A stretch of DNA of 38,997 nucleotides from Nemertoderma westbladi (Eukaryota > Animalia > Xenacoelomorpha), in contig JAUCBJ010000529.1 in NCBI GenBank assembly GCA_032718475.1, positions 1-38,997 of the forward strand, written 5' to 3'. How positions within the stretch are numbered: the first letter of the stretch is position 1; every line of letters begins with the position of its first letter. Position numbers and translations under genes: made by a program. The notes beneath the pieces are model-generated. The model had not been told where the DNA came from. It made no database searches and was given only the letters and a program-made list of their open reading frames with translations. Of this stretch, positions 1-12,030 are shown piece after piece.

Positions 1-3000
1 AGGACACCAACGGCGAACCTGTTTCTCTGACATAAGGTGTGCAAAGTGTGGTGCGAAACATCATATCTTGTTGCACGCTGAATTCGAGCGAAATAGTCCG
101 AATCAGGTAAGTGATTCCGAGCTACATGTCCAATTCAGTGATGTGAACGACACTGATCAATCTGAGATGGAAGGATTCTATACGGACGAGTTCTCCGACG
201 AAAACGAATCCTGTTACATGATAAATACCGCAGTGTATCGAGCACTCACATATGAAAAAGATACAGACAGCGACCTCACTCTAACTACTTCTGAACGACA
301 ACCATCTTGGAAAGAGCCATCTTCCAATGTAGGGATCCGAGAGTTTCCTGTGGTGCAGGTAAGGGTTCACGGACCTAAACGGAGTTATGTAGTGAACGCC
401 CTCCTTGACTCCGGTAGTACAGGAACATTCATCGACCAAGAGCTAGCCGAAGACATATTTGCTGGACAACCCAAGTTCCGAACTACGCTCAACATGTCAG
501 GCATTATGCAAGTCTGGAAATCCACAATAACAGCGGATTATTATGTAGGAGCGTTGTCCACCCCCCAGGACGAACTAGGAGAACATAGCATCAGGTCAGT
601 GAAAATGGTGGCTATAAAGAACTTCGCTACTACTCAAGCAGACCTTTATAATTGGGACGAGGATGAGAGCATCCAACATCTTAACATACCTCGATTCCAG
701 ACTGATTATCCTGGAGTGCAAATACTCATCGGCCAAAACGCGCATGAGGCGCTGGAGACATTAGAGAAACGGCCTGCTCAACCGCAGCCACTACAGACCT
801 ATGCGGTAAGAACTAGAGTAGGTTGGTACTTTACTGGACCTTCCCGTAGAACACTCAGAGAAAGACTACCGCAAGAGCGAGTTTGCCAGGTGAGTGAATG
901 GGAAGATGATACTAGTGAAGGAGACGATTTAACTGAGGGAACTCCATACTCCTCAGATAACGACGACATTCACCAGCTTTTTGATGAGGAGAATACTATC
1001 GATCTCCTTAAGGAAAACGAGGCTTGGCAAAACCAAGTGAACTTATGTCAACTTCTTTATCCATCTGAACGAGAAGCTTATAACGACGAGTTAAATGACG
1101 TCATTGAGCGTTGTAATGCCAAGACTCGAGATGAACATGCTGTACGATTCTTTACGCAAGAGGCAGTAGAGCCCAATTCCTACGATAAGGCCTTATCAGT
1201 GGAAGAGGAAAGGGCCAAGCAGATCCAAGAGACAACTACACGTTTCATCAAAGATCAAGGTAGGTATGAAGTCGGTTTACCTTTTCGCAAGAAAGAACCG
1301 AAGTTCATCAATAACAGACCTTTGGCGGAAAAAAGAATCGCGCAACTCCATCGACGCCTTACGGCTAATTCTTCAGCTAAAGCAATGTATCAAACACAGC
1401 TGGAAAAATTTATTAATAAGGGATACGCGGAGAGGGTACCGGAAGAAACACCTGTGACTGAAAGAACGTATTATTTAACTCACCATTACGTTCCTAAACC
1501 CGGTAAACCCAATGAAGTGAGAGTAGTGTTTGATGGCTCCGCTCTTTACATGGGTCAATCCCTTAACTCTGAATTGTTACCCGGACCCAACTTACTTCAA
1601 TCTTTGTTGGGAATTCTTTTAAGATTGAGACAATATTCGATTGCTTTCGCCTCCGATATAGAAGGCATGTTCTTGCAAGTCAAAGTGTTGGATAGGGATC
1701 GAGATAGCTCTACGATTTCTATGGTGGCCCGAAGGAGACCTCAACCAGAAACCGGTGGAGTACTGGATGACCATCCAGGCCTTTGGGATAATCTCAAGCC
1801 CTTCCAACGCCTGTTCGGTAGTGCGTACCACTGCAGAGGACAACCGAGAGGCCTTCTCTAAGGAAGTGATCGACAACATCAAGCGAGACATATACATGGA
1901 CGACAATCTGAAGTCCCTTCCATCAGTTGAGGAAGCCATTGAGGTCGCTAAAGGAACGGTAGAGTGCTTAAAAAGAGGTGGGTTTCGATTAACGAAATTC
2001 ACCAGCAACTCCCGTGAGTTTCTGGAGTCGATCCCTGCGGAGGATCGAGGAGCGAAAGATCTCGATTTGATCAAAGATGATCTGCCAGAAACCAAGACAC
2101 TCGGCTTGAAATGGGACACAGAGAGAGATATCCTGTTTTTCCAACTAAAACAGCGAGATAATCCAGTTCGAACCAAACGGATTTGCTTAAGTATACTGAG
2201 CACTTATTTCGATCCATTGGGATTTATTAGCCCAGTTATATTGATTGCTCGTAGTTTGGTACAACAAATGTGGCTTGAAAACCACTCATGGGACGATCCA
2301 CTTAAGGGAGAATTATTAAAGAAGTGGATGAAATGGGAAGATTCTCTACCAGCTATCGAGGATTTTATAATTTCCCGTTCATATTTTGGTCATGTTCTCC
2401 CTACGTATTCCTATCAACTCCATGTGTTTGGAGACGCCAGCGATATGGGAATAGGTATAGTAGCCTACCTAAGAGTGGAAACTCCGGATGGAATCAAAGT
2501 CGCCTTGGTTACTTCTAAGGCATTAATCAACAACAAGTTGAAAGTTCCTCGAGCGGAGTTAAAGGCGGCTCTATACGCTACAGCCATCGGCCGGAATGTA
2601 ACAGAACAGATTGACTATCCATTAGAGAAAACTGTCTATTGGACCGACGCTTTACTCGTGTTAGAGTATATAACCAATGAAGTCTGTCAGTTCAGCGTCT
2701 TCGTTACCAACAGAGTAGCCATCATACTTAGTCGCACGACGATGGACCAATGGAGACATTGCCCCGGAACGATTAATCCAGCAGACATCGCTTCCCGAGG
2801 AGCGACTCCAAAGGAATTGGTAAATACTCCCGAATGGTTAGGAGGACCCGACTTTCTCTACCAAGAAGAAGAAGAATGGCCTCCCCACCTCACAACAGCA
2901 GAGATCAGACAGGCCAAGGGAGCGGAGAAAGTTAAACCCAAAACTCGAGCGAGTAAATCGAAGTTGTTTAAACCTGCGGTTGATCTATCTGTATTATTTA

Positions 3001-4341
3001 CTTCCGGAGATGATGCTTTGGATCAGAAACCCACCGCCACGACTAAAGAAGTCTTGGAAATCCGTGACAAGGATTGGAAATCTGGAATACCAGATATCGC
3101 GCAAGGACTCTCACCTCTCTTGCAGAGAGCGATACGTCACTACAGTTCCTGGAATCGGCTCTGTAAAGCTGTTACCTATTTGAAACGATGTTTTCATCAT
3201 CGTTACTCCGGGACAAAGACCAATAGTGATGAGGCTCCATCAACATCTGCACGAGTCCATGTTGTTAAAGATCTTCCTAAGTACAAGATATCCGAGGGAA
3301 AGAGTAAGCTTCTATGAACCACCCTTTACTAATACCGGTGTGGATTTGTTTGGCCCTATTGAAGTATATCGTGCCCGGACTATAGTCAAGAGATGGTGTG
3401 TCATCTTCGTTTGTATGACTTGTAGAGCTATCCATCTCGATATGGTAAACGATCTATCCACCAACAGCTTCGTGTTGAGTTTACGACGACAGATCGCTCG
3501 TTTCGGAACCAGTAACACGATGAGATCGGATAAGGGAACGAACTTCATTGGCGCCAACAACGAAATTCAAGCTTACGTGAAGGACTGGAACATAAGACAG
3601 GTGGACGATCAGCTAAGGATAACAGCGTCTAGCTGGACCTTCAACGCCGCCGACGCCCCTTGGTGGGGAGGAAGTTGGGAGAGATTGATTAGGAGCGTGA
3701 AGACTGCGTTCCACTTTATTGTGCCTTGTCGCGCTTATCTCACCGACGAACTATTGCGGACGTTAATGGAGGAAATCGCCGCCTATCTCAACGAAAGACC
3801 GCTTATGCCAGTCTCTTCAAATCCTGATTCCCTGGAAGCGCTAACACCCGCGCACTTTCTACTGAAGAAGCCCGTAGCCATGCTCCCACGATCGGAGATC
3901 ACAGACGGAGACGAGTACTGCCGTCGAACCTGGCAACTTATGCAGTTGCTATCCCGTCGTTTCGCTGACCATTTCGAGAAACATTACCTGCCCACTCTAC
4001 AACTTCGAACTAAGTGGTTTGCGCAGCAAGAAAACGTCAGCGCTGGAGACATGGTGCTTATTGTGGACCCCGATCTCCCACGTAAGCGATGGCAAACAGG
4101 ACGTATCATCGAGACTTATATCTCGAGCGATGGTTTGGTGCGATCAGTAGAGCTCGTCGTCATGCGGCGGAACTTTAAGAAACCAGGGATAGTCTTTGAG
4201 ACTCAACAGCTCAATCGCCCAGTGGGTCGTTTATGTTTACTGGAAAGAGACAGAGAGCTCTCCGGAAACTATGGAAGGCAAGAAACTCTTCCCACGACCA
4301 CTTCCCTAATCCAACCGACATCTAGGGACTCCCCAACTTAA
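1..4341 (+). pseudogene. BEL/Pao gag-pol 3' portion: aspartic protease, RT, RNase H, integrase core; frameshifted and internally deleted
   Basis: Motifs LLDSGS (protease), RVVFDGS/GPNL/DIEGMF/YMDD (RT), FGDAS, PRAEL, WTD, NPADIASRG (RNase H), GVDLFGP/SDKGTNF/WERLIRSVK (DDE integrase). An extra A near 1706 breaks DALRFLWWP. A frame change near 3290 coincides with the missing HHCC zinc domain. Confidence 0.93.
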
Positions 4342-4861
4342 TATCGTTCGGAGTGGGCGTGTGACTCTATTATTTTATATTATTTTATTATTTTTATATT
4401 TATGTATGTATTACTATGTAATTTTATTATAATCGTTTTATTTAATTTAGTAGAATAGTGCAATATATTCGTGTTTATTACGTACGTAATTACTTATATT
4501 ATATTTAGTGCGACGGCGAAGAAATAATTATTTTTTCTCTTTCCTTACTGTCCGTATTATATTATAAATACGTAACTACAGTAAGATGAAATGTCCGTAC
4601 TTATTAAAGTACAATAAAGCCACTACTATATTCAAGTATTATTGGTAGGCAGAGTATTAGGAATGCAAAGTTCAGATCCTCGTGTCTCGGCTAAACCAAG
4701 CTCTGGGTAGACCTTGGAAACGACTTGCCTCTTCACACTGACATTGCTTCGTGCGATATTGCTCTCATACCGTATATTAAATAATACATATAGTAGCGTG
4801 ATGTCCCTTTAACAGTAGCGTATAACGCAAAATAAATCTGTTAAACCCTTTGACCATCTGT

Positions 4862-5139
4862 AATTCTAGTCGATTAAGATATCGTGGCACCCACCGATAT
4901 ACTTGAAAGACAAATTATAGAATCAGTGGTTAACGTCCCCAGACAAGTTCTGGAATAAATCGGTGCCCATCTCAAATATTAATTATTTAATATTTGCAAA
5001 TCTAATATGTCAAAATCTGTAAAATTCAGATCCTTTAACAATTCTAGTCGATTAAGATATCGTAGCATTTACCGATATTCTTAAAAGGACAATTTTCGTA
5101 GAATTAAGGATCTTGTGTCCCCAGACATGTTCTAGAATC
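4862..5139 (+). repeat. Imperfect ~180 bp-period duplication in the BEL 3' non-coding region
   Basis: AATTCTAGTCGATTAAGATATCGT...GTCCCCAGACA occurs near 4862 and 5040; the same duplication is present in element 2 at about 11230-11489 (-). Confidence 0.8.
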
Positions 5140-5969
5140 AAAATATGTCTATTTAATTATCAAATAATAAAATTTCAGGGAATAAATTTAAATTCATGTC
5201 TTTTAATGAATTTAATAAATTGCCATTTTACGCAATTTATAACATTCCCAAAATTCCATTAATTAATAGATCAGGGGAGCGGAGATTTATATTATTATGC
5301 GTATGCGTGTACGAAAGTCTCCCAAACATAGTCAATAGCCGATAAAATTCATAAAGTCATGTATAAAACAGGACATTGACTATTAAAGAATTACTATTAA
5401 ATAACATCCCAGATCTGTATGCATTGGAATTACCCTAATTCTACCGCTAGCTTTACATAATGTCACCATAGCAACAACCACGCTAGAATTAGAATTGAGT
5501 TAAAGGAACAATAGAAAGCTTGTCCCATTGAATAGCATAGGGAATAAATAGCGCACTGCTAGTATCCAAGGATACATAATAATACAGTGACATTCTGGAA
5601 GGCATTGACTAACGGACAAGTGACCCGAGTGTGTGTAATTTGTGACAAGTTGTGTGTGTGGTATTTGTGAGTTTATAGGCGAATGTTACTACTAAGGTGT
5701 GTTTACAGTAGCGAGTCGCAATTGTGAAAGTAACCCTAACTCTCCAGTAAGAACCTGAGGTATATCTAAGCCTTTGGGACGGACAGTCGAGTGACTTGTG
5801 CCGGTTGTCGTTGTCGTTGTGCGGCTACGTCGTTGGCGAAAGTACAGCGGCGACGACACATCGGCGCTGAGGATCTCGTACTGTCCGGGGGTTGATTGGG
5901 GTAGGCAGCGACGCCCGCTCGCCTAAATATAAACTCATTATAATATGGATAAACTCATATATAGCAGAT

Positions 5970-7301
5970 ATGACGGAGTTGATAGAAGATGGTCTTGGTA
6001 TCGGGGAGCGATATACTCTACTTTTACAAGCGTTTGTTGATAGCTTAATACGCGGCGACGTTAGTCCAACTGCTGCGGAGGACGATGGTCGTTATATCGA
6101 ACCGCCAATGTCCCAAGAGCAGCTCGCGCGCGAGTTGGACTATAGAAAATTCGCCGCTCGATATACGCAGCGTAATGGTACGTATATGGTCTTCTTAACT
6201 ACTGGTCATCCTATCGATTTACATAATACGGACTATGTCGACTATATATCCTGCCCAGCGGAGTCGGAACCATAAACTGAAATTCGAATGCGAAATTTCT
6301 ATTCGAAATAGACTCGAAAGAAAAGACACTAAAGAAACAAATAAACGCGGTAACTCCAACGTATATTTGGAATTCTTGACAGAAGCATTGTAACAACAAA
6401 TAAATATCACCCGCGTTTCCCCTACCAGACGTGCGTCTTTGGTATTATTACGATAAATGCCCTAGACCCAACTAATAAACGGAAAGACATAAACATCCAC
6501 GGAAACGTTGTGTTAAACACAGTTGTGCTCGTTATATTTACTGGAGTTTCGAGCGAAACTTGTTTGACGTATCACCTATGCTCACTCGGCTCGAACGATC
6601 CTGGAGTAAACCTACGATCAAAGTCCCGGAATACTCGGTCAAACCTCCTCATTCCTTAGTTGGACCTCAGACCTGCGATCCTGGTGGTGTCGCGGATCCT
6701 CGCGGACTGTATTCACTGTTCAAAGATCTAGTGCTACCCTAACAATTAATCGGTAACACTCCGACAGTGATTTCTACCTAGCCGCCCATCTTACCTAGCC
6801 GGATTATGACGCGGACACCTAATATCACTATCCAACCGTATGGTCGTCCCGTTTAACGCGATACAACCCTTCATCAAGGTGAAGGAGAGCGTTGTACGAA
6901 ACGAGTTAAACGCTATTCTATAAAGATCAAAAAAGAAATCTGCGTTTGTTCAGATAAACGTAAGTTATAACAGTAAGTCCAATCGATAAACGAATTGGCC
7001 TTATCTCAGTTCGATTGGGAAATCTCGAATCTCAAAGAAGATATCAAGCTTAGAAAACCCTATTCTTTGCGAGAGTTTTGGACGAACGTATCCCATGACA
7101 AGCGGAGGAAAATCAGCTCGAGGAGAAGCATATCGAAATGGACGAGACACCGACCGTAAACCCAAACCTTCTAATGCAATCATATTGCACCCTTCGCCTA
7201 GGAGCTACAGCCCTCCTCATAAAGTGGCTCGCCCCAAAGAGAAAAGGACTCTCGCTAGCCTCAAGAAACTGCGTAAACGCCGTCCACGCAAGAAAGACTA
7301 A
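5970..7301 (+). pseudogene. Extra 3' ORF region of BEL element 1 (unknown protein, frameshifted)
   Basis: MTELIEDGLG... aligns with the element 2 ORF at 9913-10410. Homology continues through frameshifts to a basic tail KKLRKRRPRKK just before the PPT. Confidence 0.6.
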
Positions 7302-7379
7302 CTGTTTAGAGTATTTTTATATTTTAGAAACTGTGATTTTGTATATTTTATAGACTTAAATCCCATTTTCTGGGAGCGG

Positions 7380-8585
7380 TGTAAAAGCTTTTGTGGGATA
7401 ACTGGTTCGTTTGCTTTGCTGGCCAGTTCCCCCCCGGTCGCTAGAATACTCAAAAAGGGATCTATAGTTAAAATAGTGCAAGCTACCAGCTTATTGGCTG
7501 ATTTGCTGTACGCAGGTATCTGGGCTCTGTTTAATCGGCCAACCAGCCTAGGAAGGTTGCGTCATAGCCCTGTTTTTGTATCTCCCAATAGAATTTGAGT
7601 TAGCCTTGATTTTGACCTATCACAGAGCTACTGAACTGAATTTTCCTATCTCACTGCTCTTTCTCTGTGTTGAACGGGAGCTTCGTGGAATAAGTGTAGT
7701 TGGTATCCTCGTATAGAGTAGTAGTCACGAGTTTTTCAAAGCCACGAAAGAACGGCTTTATAGTGTTTTGTGCTTTTCTGCTTTTTAGCTCAACACTAGT
7801 AGGTTTAATTATAAGGACATATATCCTTTAACGGACCGTCTAACGACTAACTGCCGGACCATACAAACTGCTGACAACATTGCAAACTCATAACAATCAG
7901 TGTTCAGTTGTTGTTTTATACTGCTATTTACTGTCAGTTCTTCATAATATGGTTGATGAATTATTATATTTGGAATAACGATAAATAACCCCGAAACCCA
8001 ATATTCTTGATATACCGAAGGTAAGAGAGAAAGGTTACAGATAAACGATTGTGACTTATGTTAAAGTGGTTTGAAGTGAATCGAATGTTATTTGATAGAC
8101 CCTACATGAGTCAGCCTGTGTTCCTTTTATATGTGACTAAAATCAGTGAAGATCGGCAGATTAGTGTGCAGTATTGTGCAGCATTGTGTATGAGTGAGTC
8201 TGTTAAAGAAGCATTTCCTAAAGAATGCGCCATATATGTTAATTATAACTAAACCATATCGTTGTGAGTAGTTTAAGTCATAGCTCTGTTTATATAGATA
8301 GAGCGCCACGTCCTAAAGGAACTGTTAATATTCCCCGAAGGTGAATAATATTGTCAGAGATTATATAATACTGTCAGTCGAATAATACATTAGGCTTACA
8401 TAGCAATAAGATTAAACCGTCGAACCCAATCTCCCGGGTATAACCAGCGGGTGAATGATCGCGCACGGATTGGTTTCGACTAGTGTAGTGAATCAAATAC
8501 TTGTCATAGGCTAAAAAGCGATTTAATATCTAGAAGACATCCTAATTTGGCGGGTTAAACTGCCAAAGGTCTGAAAGCGCGAACA
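7380..8585 (+). repeat. 3' LTR of BEL element 1 (1206 bp)
   Basis: Starts TGTAAAAGC after GGGAGCGG and ends GCGCGAACA. Its distal half is homologous to 18801-19440 and 20420-21060 on the opposite strand. Confidence 0.9.
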
Positions 8586-8985
8586 CCAACACTGACTCGC
8601 CCAGCACAAATCCGTAGAATGTCTTCACAGGTAAAGGGTAAATCGCCCTGATTGGCTGTTAAGCGGAACAAAGAAACCATGTGTCCAATGGCCCCTTCCA
8701 CGTCAGCAGTCAGCTGGTAGATGTCGTAATCTGAATCCTTCCCACGACATGGTGATAGAGAAAATGCTGTATTGCGGGTTTTTGTACCTTACTATGTCCG
8801 CTAAAGCATACATCCAGAAGAATTACTTTTATGTCCGTTAAAAACACCTATACGGTACTTTGCGGGCCAGGGAACGGATTATATCCGTAAACGCTTTTAC
8901 AGTAGGTTTTAGAGTATTTGAGCGCACGGGGGAATAACTGGATTGCGGAGCTAAGTGCCAGTTCTATCCCACAGAAGCTTTTACA
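8586..8985 (-). repeat. First 400 bp of the 3' LTR of element 2 (interrupted by element 1)
   Basis: Matches 19636-20035 except one substitution (8768 T vs 19818 C); preceded on - by the PPT-like GGGAGCGG. Confidence 0.95.
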
Positions 8986-9912
8986 CCGCTCCCAGAAAAT
9001 GGGATTTCAGTCTATGAAATATACGAGATCACAGTTTCTAACATACAAAAATACTCTAAAATACTCTTTCTTGCGTGGACGGCGTTTACGCAGTTTTTTA
9101 AAGCTAGCCAGAGTCTTTTTCTCTTTGGGGCGAGCCACTGTACAAGGAGGGCTATAACTCCTGGGTGAAGGGTGCAATATGATTGCATCAGAAGGTGTAG
9201 GATTATAGTCGGGGTATCCGCCGTTTCAATATGTTTCTCCTCGAGCTGATTTTCCTCCGCTCATCGTTGGATACGTTCGTCTAAAACTCTCGCCGAGAAT
9301 AGGGTCGTCCAAGTTCAATATCGTCTTAGAGGTTCTGGATTTCCCAATCGAACTGGGATAAAGCCAATCCGTTTACCGCTTGGACTTGCTGTTATAATTT
9401 AAGTTTGTCTGAACAAACGTAGGTTTCTTTTCTGATCTTTGTAGAATAGCGTCTAACTCGTTTCGTACAACGCTCTCCTCCACCTTGATAACGGGTGGTA
9501 TTGTGTTAAACGGGGATGATTCCGATTATACGGTTGAATGGCGATATCGGGTGCCCGTGCCCCAATCCGGCCAGGCAAGATGGGCTGATATTCAGGGAGC
9601 CCACAACCTGAGCGCCACCGACCAATGGCTCGGGCAACACTGGATCTCTGAACGGTAAGTACAGTTCGTGAGGACCCGCGATACCATCAGGATCAAGAGT
9701 CTGAGGTCCAACTAAGGAATGAGGAGGTCTGACCGAGCATTCCGGAACTCCGATCATAGGTCTACTCAAGGATCGCCTGAGTCGAGAGAGCGTGGGTGAC
9801 ACATCGAACAAGTTTCTCCCGAAACTCCCGCAAACACAGCGAGCAAACCGCGTTCAAAGCAACGTCTCCGCTGGTGTTCATGTCTTTCCGTTTGTTGGTT
9901 GGTCTTGGGCAT

Positions 9913-10410
9913 TCATCGTAATAATACCAAGACACACGTCTTATAGGGGAAACGTGGGTGATATTTATTTGGTGTTACATTGCTTCTCTTCAAGAATTCT
10001 AAATATACGTTGGAGTTACCGCGTTTATCAGCTTCTTGAACGTCCTTTCTTTCGAGTCGATTTCGAATAGAATTTTCGCATTCGAATTTCAGTTTATTGT
10101 TACGATTCCGCTGGGTAGGATATTTAAATAATACCATTTCCCTTTTTGTCATATCGTGTAAATCGATAGAATGGCCGGTAGTTAAGAAGTCCATATACGT
10201 ACCATTACGATGCGTATAGCGAGCGGTGAATTTGCTATAGTCCAATTCACGCGTAAGTTGCTCCTGGGACATAGGCGGTTCGACATAACTACCATCGTCC
10301 TCCATAGTAGTTGGATCAGCTTCACCGCGTATCAAGCTATCCACAAACGCTTGTAAAGGTAGAGTATATCTCTCTCTAATACCAAAATCATCTTCTATCA
10401 ACTCCGTCAT
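9913..10410 (-). CDS. Extra 3' ORF of BEL element 2 (165 aa open; degenerate homology continues to ~9064), function unknown
   Basis: ATG-initiated ORF with many third-position differences from the element 1 copy; no signal peptide or transmembrane stretch seen. Confidence 0.6.
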   Translation of the reverse strand: MTELIEDDFGIRERYTLPLQAFVDSLIRGEADPTTMEDDGSYVEPPMSQEQLTRELDYSKFTARYTHRNGTYMDFLTTGHSIDLHDMTKREMVLFKYPTQRNRNNKLKFECENSIRNRLERKDVQEADKRGNSNVYLEFLKRSNVTPNKYHPRFPYKTCVLVLLR

Positions 10411-12030
10411 ATCTGTTATATGAGTTTATTAATATTATAATGAGTTTAGCTTTAGGCGAGCGGGCGTCGCTGCCTACCCCTCTCTACCCCCGGACAGTGG
10501 GATCCTCAGCGCCGATGCACCGTTGTCGCGGTGTTTACGCCAATGTAGTAGCAACAGCACGACAACGATAACCGGCACAAGTCACTCCACTGTCCGTCCC
10601 AAAGTCTTGAAATCACTTAAGGTTTTACGGCAGAGTTAAGGTTACTTTCACAATTGCGACTCGCTACTGTAAACACACTTTAGTAGTAACATTCACCTAT
10701 AAACGCACAAATTCCACACAACTGTCTCCAATTGTACACATACAGGCCATTTGTCCGTTAGTCAGTGCCTTCCAGAATGTCACGTTGTTATTGCGTATCC
10801 TTGGATACTAAACAGTGTGCTATGTAATCTCTATGCTAGGCAATGGGACAAGCTTTCTATTGTTCTTTTAACTCGCTTCGAATTTTAGCGTGGGTGTTGC
10901 TATGGTGACATTATGGAAAGCTAGCGGTAGAATTAGAGTAATTCTCATGCATACAGATCTGGGATGCTGTTTAATAGTAATTCTTTAATTGTCAATATCC
11001 TCTTTATGCATGATTTTATAAATTTTATCGGCTATTGACTATATGTTGGAGATTCTCGCACTCTAATGCACTCAATAGGATGAATCTCCGCTCCCGTGAT
11101 CTATTAATTAATGGAATTTTGGGAATGTTATAAATTGCATAAAATGATAATTTATGAAATTCATTTAAGATATGAATTTAAATTTATTCCCGTGAATTTT
11201 ATTATTTGATGGTAAAATTGACACAATTTTATTCCAGAGCATGTCTGGGGACCTAGGATCCTTAATTCTATAAAATTGTCTTTTAAGAGTATCGGTAAGT
11301 GCTGCGATATCTTAATTGACTAGAAATTTTAAAGGATCTGAATTTTACAGATTTTAATAAATATTAAATTAATATTTAAGATGGGCACCGATTTATTCCA
11401 GAACTTGTCTGGGGACATTAACCACTGATTCTAGAATTTGTCTTTCAAGTATATCGGTGGGTGCCGCGATATCTTAATCGACTAGAATTACAGATGGTCA
11501 AAAAGTTTAACAGATTTATTTGCGTTTTACGCTACTGTTAGAGGGACATCACGCTACTATATGTATTATTTAATATAAGGTAGAAGAGCAATATCGCACG
11601 AAGCAATGTCAGTGTGAAGAGGCAAGTCGTTTCCAAGGTCTACCCAGAGCTTGGTTTAGCCGAGACACGAGGATCTGAACTTTGCATTCCTAATACTCTG
11701 CCTACCAATAATACCTAAATATAGTAGGAGCTTTATTGTACTTTAATAAGTACGGACATGTCATCTTACTATAGTCTCGCATTTATAATATAATACGGAC
11801 AGTAAGGAAAGAGAAAAGAATTATTTCTCGCCGTCGCACTAGATATATTATATGTAATTACGTAATAAACACTAATATATTGCACTAATCTACTAAATAA
11901 TCTAAAATAACATTCTACTAAATAAAATTAAATAAAACGATTATAATAAAATACATAATAATCCATACATAAATATAAAATAATAAAAAAAATATAAAAT
12001 AATATAGTCACACACCCACTCCATATATAA

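Larger units (their letters stand above)
1..8585 (+). mobile_element. BEL/Pao LTR retrotransposon, element 1 (5' part outside window, defective)
   Basis: Domain order: last Gag knuckle, protease, RT, RNase H, integrase, with BEL-type motifs. Ends in a purine tract (7372-7379) and an LTR TGTAAAAG...GCGAACA (7380-8585). Confidence 0.95.

Noticed and set aside
1619-2203. Antisense ORFs over pol, gag and RT (also 14588-15097, 15330-15551, 30462-30782)
   Set aside because: Shadow frames of real coding sequence with no recognisable motifs.
5868-5874. CTGAGGA as a hammerhead ribozyme core
   Set aside because: No correctly placed GAAA and stem III.
5790-5875. SECIS-like GTGA/GA quartet
   Set aside because: The upper helix is far longer than in a SECIS and there is no selenoprotein context.
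6560-6742. Alternative genetic code or second frame in the extra-ORF region (TGG vs TGA between copies)
   Set aside because: Only two degenerate copies are available, every frame examined has stops in at least one copy, and the Gag and RagA ORFs read normally in the standard code.
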